From Psilocybe cubensis (lineage: Eukaryota): a DNA stretch of 64,000 nucleotides. This document shows, in pieces, positions 44,039 through 56,061 of this stretch. Below the pieces are notes generated by a model that saw nothing but the letters and a program-made list of their open reading frames with translations, was not told the origin of the DNA and did not search any database. Location: NCBI GenBank assembly GCA_017499595.2, contig CM038999.1, positions 2,170,001-2,234,000 of the forward strand, given 5' to 3'. Numbering within the stretch: position 1 is the first letter of the stretch; each line of letters opens with the position of its first letter. The translations under genes were made by a program, and so were the position numbers.

Positions 44039-46570
44039 GTGCTTCTTAAGCGCAAAAGCGATGCATTCAGTGCGTTTCAAACGTACAAAGCATGGGCTGA
44101 GAACAAATTAGGCTTTAAGATCAAAGCGCTGCAGGATGACAAAGCTGGTGAATACATGTCAAATGCTTTCATCAAATTCACTGACCAGTGTGGCATTGAG
44201 CGTCGTCATACAACGCGAAATCGCCCACAACAAAACGGAGTTGCAGAGCGTGCAAATCGCACCATGGCAGAACATGTTACTTCCATGCTCAATGAGGCTC
44301 GTGTTCCACCTTTGTTTTGGGGTCGCTGTGTTGCAGCATACATGCATGTATGGAATCGTGTTCCTACAGCTCCTCTACCGGACAAGACTCTGTATGAAAG
44401 CTGGAACAAGCGCAAACCTGATGTTAGTCATTTGAGGGTTTGGGGTTGTCTTGCATATGTTTATGTTCAGGGAGATAAGCGCAAATCGTTGCAGCCTCAT
44501 ATGGAGAAGTGTATCTTTGTTGGGTATCATACTGGGTACAAGGGCTGGAAGTTTTACAACCCACTCACCAAAAGGTTCATTATCTCTGAGAGAGCTGATT
44601 TCGACGAAAGGTGCTTCCCTGGGGTGTCCACTGGCCCTATGCCAAAGTTTGACCTTCTTCCCACTTCTTCTGCAAGTGCACCACCTCCCAATTCAGGGGG
44701 GGAATCTAATGGCTTCAATTTTGATGATAATGAGGATGACTCTACTCCAAGTCCTGTCATTGAGCCAGAAGTGCCTATTGCGCCTCCTGAACAGCCAGCT
44801 GAACCGCCACAGCCTGAGGCCGTTCCTGCACCTCTTCCTAAGCCTGCACGCCGCCAGCGTGCTCCAGTTGATCCTGCAACGTTGAGACGCACTACTCGCG
44901 TTCCTAAGCAGCCTGGTGAATGGTGGAAGGTCTCACATGATCCTGAACCACCTGAAGCCAATGATCCTAGATTTGAAGAGGTGGAGTTTGCTGGGCTTGT
45001 TTCAAGCGCAGATCCGCGCACATTTAAACAGGCAATGAAAGCGCCTGATGCGCACATGTGGGAAGAGGCTGCTAACACAGAATTCAATCTGTTGCAGCAC
45101 AATCAAACTTGGGAGCAAGTTGAGCTCCCTCCGGGTCAAAAGGCAATTGGCTGTGGTTGGGTCTTTAAAATCAAGCAAAATGCACATGGCAGTATAGAGT
45201 GCTACAAGGCTCGTATTGTTGCCAAGGGCTACAGTCAGCGCCCTGGCATTGATTACCATGAGGTCTTTGCTCCTACTTTCCGCCCTGCTACTTTCCGCTT
45301 GATTGTGGCTCTGGCCGCCATTGGAGACTTGAAGTTGCACTCTGTTGATATTACAGCTGCTTTCACTAAAGGTGACCTAGACGAGGAGATTTACATGTTA
45401 CAACCTGAAGGATTTCACCAAGGTGGCCCTAACATAGTTTTGAAGCTTAAAAAGTCGCTCTATGGTCTTAAGCAGTCTGCACGTCAATGGAACCTCAAGT
45501 TGCATGAGGCATTGTCAGATATGGGGTTCAAGCGTATAGAATCAGATCGCTCTGTCTACATCTATTCAGATGGAGATGTGAAGATTATTGTTCCCATTTA
45601 CATTGATGACATCACCTTTGCCTCCAAATCGGACGCCGCCATAGACAGAGCTGTTAAGCAGCTGGCTGCGCGTTTTGAACTCCGTGATCTGGGTCCTACA
45701 CAGTATTTACTTGGTGTTGCCATTGAGCGAGATATGGCTGCTAAAACCATTTCCTTGCATCAGCGTCAGTATATCCTTGATATGCTTGATACATATGGCA
45801 TGACTGATTCTAATCCGGTCAAAACACCTTTGGCTGTGGGCACTGTTCTGTCCAAGGCAGATGGACCTCAGAATGGAGATGAGGTGGAATTTATGCGAAA
45901 TGTTCCCTATCTCAATGCAGTTGGCTCCTTGCAGTATCTAGCCACCATGACCCGTCCTGACATTGCTTTTACTGTGTCCTATCTGGCACGCTTCAACTCC
46001 AATCCTGGGCCTAAGCATTGGGCTGCGGTTAAACATTTATTCCGCTACCTCAGAGGCACTCTGGATTACAAGTTGACTTATTCTGGCGCTGTGGGCCATG
46101 ATAACTTTGTTACCTACACTGATGCTGCACATGGTGATTGTGTAGATACTGGACGCTCTACGAGTGGTTATTTGACCGTTCTAGCTGGAGGTGCTATTGG
46201 CTGGGCAAGCAAACTCCAAACTGTTGTAACTCTGTCTACTACTGAGGCAGAGTACATTGCTGCGGTGGAGGCAGCCAAGGAAATTGTGTGGATGCGCAAT
46301 ATCCTTGAGGAGTTTGGCTACACAGTCACTGAGCCCTCTGTGCTGCATATGGACAACCAGTCATCTATCAGTGTTTCCAAGAATCCAGAGCACCATGGAC
46401 GGATGAAGCACCTTGATTTGCGCTATTATTGGCTTAGGGATGCTGTTGGTGTTGGAAAGATTTCTCCTTCTTATATTCCTACTGATCAGCAAGCTGCTGA
46501 TATTCTTACCAAACCCCTCTCACCTCCTAAAGTGGACTTTTGTAGAGATAAAATGGGTCTCAAACTTTAA
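44039..46570 (+). CDS. Copia truncated INT-RT-RNase H (unit 3)
   Basis: Same 843-aa frame. Confidence 0.85.
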   Translation: MLLKRKSDAFSAFQTYKAWAENKLGFKIKALQDDKAGEYMSNAFIKFTDQCGIERRHTTRNRPQQNGVAERANRTMAEHVTSMLNEARVPPLFWGRCVAAYMHVWNRVPTAPLPDKTLYESWNKRKPDVSHLRVWGCLAYVYVQGDKRKSLQPHMEKCIFVGYHTGYKGWKFYNPLTKRFIISERADFDERCFPGVSTGPMPKFDLLPTSSASAPPPNSGGESNGFNFDDNEDDSTPSPVIEPEVPIAPPEQPAEPPQPEAVPAPLPKPARRQRAPVDPATLRRTTRVPKQPGEWWKVSHDPEPPEANDPRFEEVEFAGLVSSADPRTFKQAMKAPDAHMWEEAANTEFNLLQHNQTWEQVELPPGQKAIGCGWVFKIKQNAHGSIECYKARIVAKGYSQRPGIDYHEVFAPTFRPATFRLIVALAAIGDLKLHSVDITAAFTKGDLDEEIYMLQPEGFHQGGPNIVLKLKKSLYGLKQSARQWNLKLHEALSDMGFKRIESDRSVYIYSDGDVKIIVPIYIDDITFASKSDAAIDRAVKQLAARFELRDLGPTQYLLGVAIERDMAAKTISLHQRQYILDMLDTYGMTDSNPVKTPLAVGTVLSKADGPQNGDEVEFMRNVPYLNAVGSLQYLATMTRPDIAFTVSYLARFNSNPGPKHWAAVKHLFRYLRGTLDYKLTYSGAVGHDNFVTYTDAAHGDCVDTGRSTSGYLTVLAGGAIGWASKLQTVVTLSTTEAEYIAAVEAAKEIVWMRNILEEFGYTVTEPSVLHMDNQSSISVSKNPEHHGRMKHLDLRYYWLRDAVGVGKISPSYIPTDQQAADILTKPLSPPKVDFCRDKMGLKL

Positions 46571-46633
46571 TCTTTCTTTCTCTGTTTTGCTTTATTTTTC
46601 TTTGTTCTGGAGACTTGTCAGAACAGGGGGGAG

Positions 46634-47072
46634 TGTTAAAACTGCTCTCTATGTCTCCCTCACTTTGCTATCTTATCAGATTAGATTACTTTCTTCTTAT
46701 CTTCATTTGCTCTCCAGACCATTCTAGACACATGATATTTATCAGTCCATAGACTGGTCTGGACCGGACCAGAGTAGACCTAGGTAGACCAGAGTACTTG
46801 AGTCTACACAGTATATAGTCACTCTAGTTTACATCCTGAAGTCCCCAGTTACTCACTTCGGACTTCAGGTTAGTTTGTTAGCACTTTGCTCAATTCACTC
46901 AGTTACTCACTTCGGACTTCAGACGCTTCGTGCTCGCTTATCCCTGCGCCCTACGTTCTATAACTAGGTCGCCGAGTAGCTCACACTGCCCCGAGCTCGC
47001 CTGCTTCAACACTACGTTCTATAACTAGGTCGCCAAGTAGCTCACACTGTCTTGAGCTCGCCTGCTTCAACA
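46634..47072 (+). mobile_element. Copia LTR (array)
   Basis: Copy of 32492-32930. Confidence 0.95.
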
Positions 47073-47475
47073 GGTTATGGGCCCCGCGCTCTAAGCGCTC
47101 CAATTCCGTGTTTTGCGAACCAAGTTGCTTTCTGCATAGTTTTCACAAAACGGTCATTTTAGTCTTTTTTGCTTTTTATCCTCTACCAGGCCCGGCCATA
47201 CATTGCCGCTGCTAGTAGGGTTGAACGAGCACGCCTTACGCGACTTGTTAACCTCGGTTGAGCGGGCCCCCGTCGCCTAATCCCCGAGTTATTTCTAGTT
47301 AAAAGTAACCCTTTTAAATTAGGCTAGTTTAACTTCGTCTTTTCCACTTGCGTTCGCATCGCACCCCGAGCTCCGGGTAACGCCTAGTTCGTTTCCACAC
47401 ATCATTACACATTCCCACACATTACTACCAACACTCGTATCCATCCGCTTACGCGTTCCTTCGCAATTCGCAATA

Positions 47476-48717
47476 ATGATTTCTGATCCCCAAATCACTC
47501 CATTGAACTCAACCAACTACAACACCTGGGCAGGCCAGATGACCGCCTATCTCCAGTCTAAAGGGATATGGCGCATTGTCAGCGGTGCTAGAGCACAGCC
47601 AACGCTCTCAGACAAGCCTACTGCTCAGGAGGAAGCTTTGCTTGAAACCTACTTTGAGCAGAGAGACAAAGCATGTGGTTTGATCTATCTCAGTTTGGAG
47701 AATGATCAGATGGTTCATGTGGAAGCCATCAAGGATGATTCTATCAAGATGTGGGATGCCCTCGCCGCTGTACATCAGCAAAAGCGCCCTGGCAACCGCT
47801 TTAATGCATATGATGATCTGTTCTCAATCCGAAAGGAGGAAGGTGAAAACCTTCAAACCCTGATCAATAGGGTTGAGCAAGCCATGTTGCTAATTCAGCA
47901 GCTTCGCCCTAAGGGGTTTGATCTGGCTAAGCTTGATAAAGAGCTTGCTTCGCTTGCTTTGGTCAGGGCACTCCCAGAAGAGTACAGTTCATTTGCATCC
48001 TCACTTCTCCTTTTGGACAAGTTGGACAAGGCTACAATTCATCAAGCCTTTGTCACAGAGGACATACAGCGACGTCGCCGCGCTTCGGAGTTGCCTGCAC
48101 TTGCCACCGCGTTCCAGACCGCTCCAGCCCCTTCTGCATCCAAGCCCAAGTGCGCATTTTGTGATATGACCAATCATGCAATGGACAAGTGTCACAAGTT
48201 CATTGCTGCGCAAAAGGATGCGAAGGAGCGTGTCAAAGCGGCTCGCAAAGGCAATAGAGCGCACAAGGCCTCAGAGGCATTTAGTGAGGAAAAAGAGTCC
48301 AAGGACATGGAATTTGCTGGAAATGCAAGTGCTCTTAATACCGATGTTCCCTCCGATGTTCCCTCTTCCATTTCACCCCAAACTAATGACGATTGGATTG
48401 CAGACACAGGGGCGACTTCTCATATGACGCCCCATCGCAATTGGGTTAGAAATTACACCCCCCTTCGCATTCCAATCCGATTAGCAGATGAACGAGTTAT
48501 TTATTCTGCAGGGGTGGGCACTGTGTTCTTTGAACCAGTTGTAAATGGAATAAAGTCAAGAGGCGTCGAGTTAACTAGAGTTTTACATGTACCAGATCTC
48601 CGAAACAATCTACTGTCTGTTCTATACCTCACAAAGCACAAAGGCTTCAAAATCACCATTGATGCTAATCTGGTCCTATCTCGCCCCCTACTCCTGAAGG
48701 CTATCGCTACTGGATAA
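47476..48717 (+). CDS. Copia Gag-protease (unit 4)
   Basis: Same 413-aa frame. Confidence 0.88.
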   Translation: MISDPQITPLNSTNYNTWAGQMTAYLQSKGIWRIVSGARAQPTLSDKPTAQEEALLETYFEQRDKACGLIYLSLENDQMVHVEAIKDDSIKMWDALAAVHQQKRPGNRFNAYDDLFSIRKEEGENLQTLINRVEQAMLLIQQLRPKGFDLAKLDKELASLALVRALPEEYSSFASSLLLLDKLDKATIHQAFVTEDIQRRRRASELPALATAFQTAPAPSASKPKCAFCDMTNHAMDKCHKFIAAQKDAKERVKAARKGNRAHKASEAFSEEKESKDMEFAGNASALNTDVPSDVPSSISPQTNDDWIADTGATSHMTPHRNWVRNYTPLRIPIRLADERVIYSAGVGTVFFEPVVNGIKSRGVELTRVLHVPDLRNNLLSVLYLTKHKGFKITIDANLVLSRPLLLKAIATG

Positions 48718-48752
48718 CCTTTATTGATGACCATACAAAGAGTAGAGCTGCT

Positions 48753-51284
48753 GTGCTTCTTAAGCGCAAAAGCGATGCATTCAGTGCGTTTCAAACGTAC
48801 AAAGCATGGGCTGAGAACAAATTAGGCTTTAAGATCAAAGCGCTGCAGGATGACAAAGCTGGTGAATACATGTCAAATGCTTTCATCAAATTCACTGACC
48901 AGTGTGGCATTGAGCGTCGTCATACAACGCGAAATCGCCCACAACAAAACGGAGTTGCAGAGCGTGCAAATCGCACCATGGCAGAACATGTTACTTCCAT
49001 GCTCAATGAGGCTCGTGTTCCACCTTTGTTTTGGGGTCGCTGTGTTGCAGCATACATGCATGTATGGAATCGTGTTCCTACAGCTCCTCTACCGGACAAG
49101 ACTCTGTATGAAAGCTGGAACAAGCGCAAACCTGATGTTAGTCATTTGAGGGTTTGGGGTTGTCTTGCATATGTTTATGTTCAGGGAGATAAGCGCAAAT
49201 CGTTGCAGCCTCATATGGAGAAGTGTATCTTTGTTGGGTATCATACTGGGTACAAGGGCTGGAAGTTTTACAACCCACTCACCAAAAGGTTCATTATCTC
49301 TGAGAGAGCTGATTTCGACGAAAGGTGCTTCCCTGGGGTGTCCACTGGCCCTATGCCAAAGTTTGACCTTCTTCCCACTTCTTCTGCAAGTGCACCACCT
49401 CCCAATTCAGGGGGGGAATCTAATGGCTTCAATTTTGATGATAATGAGGATGACTCTACTCCAAGTCCTGTCATTGAGCCAGAAGTGCCTATTGCGCCTC
49501 CTGAACAGCCAGCTGAACCGCCACAGCCTGAGGCCGTTCCTGCACCTCTTCCTAAGCCTGCACGCCGCCAGCGTGCTCCAGTTGATCCTGCAACGTTGAG
49601 ACGCACTACTCGCGTTCCTAAGCAGCCTGGTGAATGGTGGAAGGTCTCACATGATCCTGAACCACCTGAAGCCAATGATCCTAGATTTGAAGAGGTGGAG
49701 TTTGCTGGGCTTGTTTCAAGCGCAGATCCGCGCACATTTAAACAGGCAATGAAAGCGCCTGATGCGCACATGTGGGAAGAGGCTGCTAACACAGAATTCA
49801 ATCTGTTGCAGCACAATCAAACTTGGGAGCAAGTTGAGCTCCCTCCGGGTCAAAAGGCAATTGGCTGTGGTTGGGTCTTTAAAATCAAGCAAAATGCACA
49901 TGGCAGTATAGAGTGCTACAAGGCTCGTATTGTTGCCAAGGGCTACAGTCAGCGCCCTGGCATTGATTACCATGAGGTCTTTGCTCCTACTTTCCGCCCT
50001 GCTACTTTCCGCTTGATTGTGGCTCTGGCCGCCATTGGAGACTTGAAGTTGCACTCTGTTGATATTACAGCTGCTTTCACTAAAGGTGACCTAGACGAGG
50101 AGATTTACATGTTACAACCTGAAGGATTTCACCAAGGTGGCCCTAACATAGTTTTGAAGCTTAAAAAGTCGCTCTATGGTCTTAAGCAGTCTGCACGTCA
50201 ATGGAACCTCAAGTTGCATGAGGCATTGTCAGATATGGGGTTCAAGCGTATAGAATCAGATCGCTCTGTCTACATCTATTCAGATGGAGATGTGAAGATT
50301 ATTGTTCCCATTTACATTGATGACATCACCTTTGCCTCCAAATCGGACGCCGCCATAGACAGAGCTGTTAAGCAGCTGGCTGCGCGTTTTGAACTCCGTG
50401 ATCTGGGTCCTACACAGTATTTACTTGGTGTTGCCATTGAGCGAGATATGGCTGCTAAAACCATTTCCTTGCATCAGCGTCAGTATATCCTTGATATGCT
50501 TGATACATATGGCATGACTGATTCTAATCCGGTCAAAACACCTTTGGCTGTGGGCACTGTTCTGTCCAAGGCAGATGGACCTCAGAATGGAGATGAGGTG
50601 GAATTTATGCGAAATGTTCCCTATCTCAATGCAGTTGGCTCCTTGCAGTATCTAGCCACCATGACCCGTCCTGACATTGCTTTTACTGTGTCCTATCTGG
50701 CACGCTTCAACTCCAATCCTGGGCCTAAGCATTGGGCTGCGGTTAAACATTTATTCCGCTACCTCAGAGGCACTCTGGATTACAAGTTGACTTATTCTGG
50801 CGCTGTGGGCCATGATAACTTTGTTACCTACACTGATGCTGCACATGGTGATTGTGTAGATACTGGACGCTCTACGAGTGGTTATTTGACCGTTCTAGCT
50901 GGAGGTGCTATTGGCTGGGCAAGCAAACTCCAAACTGTTGTAACTCTGTCTACTACTGAGGCAGAGTACATTGCTGCGGTGGAGGCAGCCAAGGAAATTG
51001 TGTGGATGCGCAATATCCTTGAGGAGTTTGGCTACACAGTCACTGAGCCCTCTGTGCTGCATATGGACAACCAGTCATCTATCAGTGTTTCCAAGAATCC
51101 AGAGCACCATGGACGGATGAAGCACCTTGATTTGCGCTATTATTGGCTTAGGGATGCTGTTGGTGTTGGAAAGATTTCTCCTTCTTATATTCCTACTGAT
51201 CAGCAAGCTGCTGATATTCTTACCAAACCCCTCTCACCTCCTAAAGTGGACTTTTGTAGAGATAAAATGGGTCTCAAACTTTAA
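48753..51284 (+). CDS. Copia truncated INT-RT-RNase H (unit 4)
   Basis: Same 843-aa frame. Confidence 0.85.
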   Translation: MLLKRKSDAFSAFQTYKAWAENKLGFKIKALQDDKAGEYMSNAFIKFTDQCGIERRHTTRNRPQQNGVAERANRTMAEHVTSMLNEARVPPLFWGRCVAAYMHVWNRVPTAPLPDKTLYESWNKRKPDVSHLRVWGCLAYVYVQGDKRKSLQPHMEKCIFVGYHTGYKGWKFYNPLTKRFIISERADFDERCFPGVSTGPMPKFDLLPTSSASAPPPNSGGESNGFNFDDNEDDSTPSPVIEPEVPIAPPEQPAEPPQPEAVPAPLPKPARRQRAPVDPATLRRTTRVPKQPGEWWKVSHDPEPPEANDPRFEEVEFAGLVSSADPRTFKQAMKAPDAHMWEEAANTEFNLLQHNQTWEQVELPPGQKAIGCGWVFKIKQNAHGSIECYKARIVAKGYSQRPGIDYHEVFAPTFRPATFRLIVALAAIGDLKLHSVDITAAFTKGDLDEEIYMLQPEGFHQGGPNIVLKLKKSLYGLKQSARQWNLKLHEALSDMGFKRIESDRSVYIYSDGDVKIIVPIYIDDITFASKSDAAIDRAVKQLAARFELRDLGPTQYLLGVAIERDMAAKTISLHQRQYILDMLDTYGMTDSNPVKTPLAVGTVLSKADGPQNGDEVEFMRNVPYLNAVGSLQYLATMTRPDIAFTVSYLARFNSNPGPKHWAAVKHLFRYLRGTLDYKLTYSGAVGHDNFVTYTDAAHGDCVDTGRSTSGYLTVLAGGAIGWASKLQTVVTLSTTEAEYIAAVEAAKEIVWMRNILEEFGYTVTEPSVLHMDNQSSISVSKNPEHHGRMKHLDLRYYWLRDAVGVGKISPSYIPTDQQAADILTKPLSPPKVDFCRDKMGLKL

Positions 51285-51347
51285 TCTTTCTTTCTCTGTT
51301 TTGCTTTATTTTTCTTTGTTCTGGAGACTTGTCAGAACAGGGGGGAG

Positions 51348-51786
51348 TGTTAAAACTGCTCTCTATGTCTCCCTCACTTTGCTATCTTATCAGATTAGAT
51401 TACTTTCTTCTTATCTTCATTTGCTCTCCAGACCATTCTAGACACATGATATTTATCAGTCCATAGACTGGTCTGGACCGGACCAGAGTAGACCTAGGTA
51501 GACCAGAGTACTTGAGTCTACACAGTATATAGTCACTCTAGTTTACATCCTGAAGTCCCCAGTTACTCACTTCGGACTTCAGGTTAGTTTGTTAGCACTT
51601 TGCTCAATTCACTCAGTTACTCACTTCGGACTTCAGACGCTTCGTGCTCGCTTATCCCTGCGCCCTACGTTCTATAACTAGGTCGCCGAGTAGCTCACAC
51701 TGCCCCGAGCTCGCCTGCTTCAACACTACGTTCTATAACTAGGTCGCCAAGTAGCTCACACTGTCTTGAGCTCGCCTGCTTCAACA
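51348..51786 (+). mobile_element. Copia LTR (array)
   Basis: Copy of 32492-32930. Confidence 0.95.
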
Positions 51787-52189
51787 GGTTATGGGCCCCG
51801 CGCTCTAAGCGCTCCAATTCCGTGTTTTGCGAACCAAGTTGCTTTCTGCATAGTTTTCACAAAACGGTCATTTTAGTCTTTTTTGCTTTTTATCCTCTAC
51901 CAGGCCCGGCCATACATTGCCGCTGCTAGTAGGGTTGAACGAGCACGCCTTACGCGACTTGTTAACCTCGGTTGAGCGGGCCCCCGTCGCCTAATCCCCG
52001 AGTTATTTCTAGTTAAAAGTAACCCTTTTAAATTAGGCTAGTTTAACTTCGTCTTTTCCACTTGCGTTCGCATCGCACCCCGAGCTCCGGGTAACGCCTA
52101 GTTCGTTTCCACACATCATTACACATTCCCACACATTACTACCAACACTCGTATCCATCCGCTTACGCGTTCCTTCGCAATTCGCAATA

Positions 52190-53431
52190 ATGATTTCTGA
52201 TCCCCAAATCACTCCATTGAACTCAACCAACTACAACACCTGGGCAGGCCAGATGACCGCCTATCTCCAGTCTAAAGGGATATGGCGCATTGTCAGCGGT
52301 GCTAGAGCACAGCCAACGCTCTCAGACAAGCCTACTGCTCAGGAGGAAGCTTTGCTTGAAACCTACTTTGAGCAGAGAGACAAAGCATGTGGTTTGATCT
52401 ATCTCAGTTTGGAGAATGATCAGATGGTTCATGTGGAAGCCATCAAGGATGATTCTATCAAGATGTGGGATGCCCTCGCCGCTGTACATCAGCAAAAGCG
52501 CCCTGGCAACCGCTTTAATGCATATGATGATCTGTTCTCAATCCGAAAGGAGGAAGGTGAAAACCTTCAAACCCTGATCAATAGGGTTGAGCAAGCCATG
52601 TTGCTAATTCAGCAGCTTCGCCCTAAGGGGTTTGATCTGGCTAAGCTTGATAAAGAGCTTGCTTCGCTTGCTTTGGTCAGGGCACTCCCAGAAGAGTACA
52701 GTTCATTTGCATCCTCACTTCTCCTTTTGGACAAGTTGGACAAGGCTACAATTCATCAAGCCTTTGTCACAGAGGACATACAGCGACGTCGCCGCGCTTC
52801 GGAGTTGCCTGCACTTGCCACCGCGTTCCAGACCGCTCCAGCCCCTTCTGCATCCAAGCCCAAGTGCGCATTTTGTGATATGACCAATCATGCAATGGAC
52901 AAGTGTCACAAGTTCATTGCTGCGCAAAAGGATGCGAAGGAGCGTGTCAAAGCGGCTCGCAAAGGCAATAGAGCGCACAAGGCCTCAGAGGCATTTAGTG
53001 AGGAAAAAGAGTCCAAGGACATGGAATTTGCTGGAAATGCAAGTGCTCTTAATACCGATGTTCCCTCCGATGTTCCCTCTTCCATTTCACCCCAAACTAA
53101 TGACGATTGGATTGCAGACACAGGGGCGACTTCTCATATGACGCCCCATCGCAATTGGGTTAGAAATTACACCCCCCTTCGCATTCCAATCCGATTAGCA
53201 GATGAACGAGTTATTTATTCTGCAGGGGTGGGCACTGTGTTCTTTGAACCAGTTGTAAATGGAATAAAGTCAAGAGGCGTCGAGTTAACTAGAGTTTTAC
53301 ATGTACCAGATCTCCGAAACAATCTACTGTCTGTTCTATACCTCACAAAGCACAAAGGCTTCAAAATCACCATTGATGCTAATCTGGTCCTATCTCGCCC
53401 CCTACTCCTGAAGGCTATCGCTACTGGATAA
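52190..53431 (+). CDS. Copia Gag-protease (unit 5)
   Basis: Same 413-aa frame. Confidence 0.88.
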   Translation: MISDPQITPLNSTNYNTWAGQMTAYLQSKGIWRIVSGARAQPTLSDKPTAQEEALLETYFEQRDKACGLIYLSLENDQMVHVEAIKDDSIKMWDALAAVHQQKRPGNRFNAYDDLFSIRKEEGENLQTLINRVEQAMLLIQQLRPKGFDLAKLDKELASLALVRALPEEYSSFASSLLLLDKLDKATIHQAFVTEDIQRRRRASELPALATAFQTAPAPSASKPKCAFCDMTNHAMDKCHKFIAAQKDAKERVKAARKGNRAHKASEAFSEEKESKDMEFAGNASALNTDVPSDVPSSISPQTNDDWIADTGATSHMTPHRNWVRNYTPLRIPIRLADERVIYSAGVGTVFFEPVVNGIKSRGVELTRVLHVPDLRNNLLSVLYLTKHKGFKITIDANLVLSRPLLLKAIATG

Positions 53432-53466
53432 CCTTTATTGATGACCATACAAAGAGTAGAGCTGCT

Positions 53467-55998
53467 GTGCTTCTTAAGCGCAAAAGCGATGCATTCAGTG
53501 CGTTTCAAACGTACAAAGCATGGGCTGAGAACAAATTAGGCTTTAAGATCAAAGCGCTGCAGGATGACAAAGCTGGTGAATACATGTCAAATGCTTTCAT
53601 CAAATTCACTGACCAGTGTGGCATTGAGCGTCGTCATACAACGCGAAATCGCCCACAACAAAACGGAGTTGCAGAGCGTGCAAATCGCACCATGGCAGAA
53701 CATGTTACTTCCATGCTCAATGAGGCTCGTGTTCCACCTTTGTTTTGGGGTCGCTGTGTTGCAGCATACATGCATGTATGGAATCGTGTTCCTACAGCTC
53801 CTCTACCGGACAAGACTCTGTATGAAAGCTGGAACAAGCGCAAACCTGATGTTAGTCATTTGAGGGTTTGGGGTTGTCTTGCATATGTTTATGTTCAGGG
53901 AGATAAGCGCAAATCGTTGCAGCCTCATATGGAGAAGTGTATCTTTGTTGGGTATCATACTGGGTACAAGGGCTGGAAGTTTTACAACCCACTCACCAAA
54001 AGGTTCATTATCTCTGAGAGAGCTGATTTCGACGAAAGGTGCTTCCCTGGGGTGTCCACTGGCCCTATGCCAAAGTTTGACCTTCTTCCCACTTCTTCTG
54101 CAAGTGCACCACCTCCCAATTCAGGGGGGGAATCTAATGGCTTCAATTTTGATGATAATGAGGATGACTCTACTCCAAGTCCTGTCATTGAGCCAGAAGT
54201 GCCTATTGCGCCTCCTGAACAGCCAGCTGAACCGCCACAGCCTGAGGCCGTTCCTGCACCTCTTCCTAAGCCTGCACGCCGCCAGCGTGCTCCAGTTGAT
54301 CCTGCAACGTTGAGACGCACTACTCGCGTTCCTAAGCAGCCTGGTGAATGGTGGAAGGTCTCACATGATCCTGAACCACCTGAAGCCAATGATCCTAGAT
54401 TTGAAGAGGTGGAGTTTGCTGGGCTTGTTTCAAGCGCAGATCCGCGCACATTTAAACAGGCAATGAAAGCGCCTGATGCGCACATGTGGGAAGAGGCTGC
54501 TAACACAGAATTCAATCTGTTGCAGCACAATCAAACTTGGGAGCAAGTTGAGCTCCCTCCGGGTCAAAAGGCAATTGGCTGTGGTTGGGTCTTTAAAATC
54601 AAGCAAAATGCACATGGCAGTATAGAGTGCTACAAGGCTCGTATTGTTGCCAAGGGCTACAGTCAGCGCCCTGGCATTGATTACCATGAGGTCTTTGCTC
54701 CTACTTTCCGCCCTGCTACTTTCCGCTTGATTGTGGCTCTGGCCGCCATTGGAGACTTGAAGTTGCACTCTGTTGATATTACAGCTGCTTTCACTAAAGG
54801 TGACCTAGACGAGGAGATTTACATGTTACAACCTGAAGGATTTCACCAAGGTGGCCCTAACATAGTTTTGAAGCTTAAAAAGTCGCTCTATGGTCTTAAG
54901 CAGTCTGCACGTCAATGGAACCTCAAGTTGCATGAGGCATTGTCAGATATGGGGTTCAAGCGTATAGAATCAGATCGCTCTGTCTACATCTATTCAGATG
55001 GAGATGTGAAGATTATTGTTCCCATTTACATTGATGACATCACCTTTGCCTCCAAATCGGACGCCGCCATAGACAGAGCTGTTAAGCAGCTGGCTGCGCG
55101 TTTTGAACTCCGTGATCTGGGTCCTACACAGTATTTACTTGGTGTTGCCATTGAGCGAGATATGGCTGCTAAAACCATTTCCTTGCATCAGCGTCAGTAT
55201 ATCCTTGATATGCTTGATACATATGGCATGACTGATTCTAATCCGGTCAAAACACCTTTGGCTGTGGGCACTGTTCTGTCCAAGGCAGATGGACCTCAGA
55301 ATGGAGATGAGGTGGAATTTATGCGAAATGTTCCCTATCTCAATGCAGTTGGCTCCTTGCAGTATCTAGCCACCATGACCCGTCCTGACATTGCTTTTAC
55401 TGTGTCCTATCTGGCACGCTTCAACTCCAATCCTGGGCCTAAGCATTGGGCTGCGGTTAAACATTTATTCCGCTACCTCAGAGGCACTCTGGATTACAAG
55501 TTGACTTATTCTGGCGCTGTGGGCCATGATAACTTTGTTACCTACACTGATGCTGCACATGGTGATTGTGTAGATACTGGACGCTCTACGAGTGGTTATT
55601 TGACCGTTCTAGCTGGAGGTGCTATTGGCTGGGCAAGCAAACTCCAAACTGTTGTAACTCTGTCTACTACTGAGGCAGAGTACATTGCTGCGGTGGAGGC
55701 AGCCAAGGAAATTGTGTGGATGCGCAATATCCTTGAGGAGTTTGGCTACACAGTCACTGAGCCCTCTGTGCTGCATATGGACAACCAGTCATCTATCAGT
55801 GTTTCCAAGAATCCAGAGCACCATGGACGGATGAAGCACCTTGATTTGCGCTATTATTGGCTTAGGGATGCTGTTGGTGTTGGAAAGATTTCTCCTTCTT
55901 ATATTCCTACTGATCAGCAAGCTGCTGATATTCTTACCAAACCCCTCTCACCTCCTAAAGTGGACTTTTGTAGAGATAAAATGGGTCTCAAACTTTAA
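53467..55998 (+). CDS. Copia truncated INT-RT-RNase H (unit 5)
   Basis: Same 843-aa frame. Confidence 0.85.
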   Translation: MLLKRKSDAFSAFQTYKAWAENKLGFKIKALQDDKAGEYMSNAFIKFTDQCGIERRHTTRNRPQQNGVAERANRTMAEHVTSMLNEARVPPLFWGRCVAAYMHVWNRVPTAPLPDKTLYESWNKRKPDVSHLRVWGCLAYVYVQGDKRKSLQPHMEKCIFVGYHTGYKGWKFYNPLTKRFIISERADFDERCFPGVSTGPMPKFDLLPTSSASAPPPNSGGESNGFNFDDNEDDSTPSPVIEPEVPIAPPEQPAEPPQPEAVPAPLPKPARRQRAPVDPATLRRTTRVPKQPGEWWKVSHDPEPPEANDPRFEEVEFAGLVSSADPRTFKQAMKAPDAHMWEEAANTEFNLLQHNQTWEQVELPPGQKAIGCGWVFKIKQNAHGSIECYKARIVAKGYSQRPGIDYHEVFAPTFRPATFRLIVALAAIGDLKLHSVDITAAFTKGDLDEEIYMLQPEGFHQGGPNIVLKLKKSLYGLKQSARQWNLKLHEALSDMGFKRIESDRSVYIYSDGDVKIIVPIYIDDITFASKSDAAIDRAVKQLAARFELRDLGPTQYLLGVAIERDMAAKTISLHQRQYILDMLDTYGMTDSNPVKTPLAVGTVLSKADGPQNGDEVEFMRNVPYLNAVGSLQYLATMTRPDIAFTVSYLARFNSNPGPKHWAAVKHLFRYLRGTLDYKLTYSGAVGHDNFVTYTDAAHGDCVDTGRSTSGYLTVLAGGAIGWASKLQTVVTLSTTEAEYIAAVEAAKEIVWMRNILEEFGYTVTEPSVLHMDNQSSISVSKNPEHHGRMKHLDLRYYWLRDAVGVGKISPSYIPTDQQAADILTKPLSPPKVDFCRDKMGLKL

Positions 55999-56061
55999 TC
56001 TTTCTTTCTCTGTTTTGCTTTATTTTTCTTTGTTCTGGAGACTTGTCAGAACAGGGGGGAG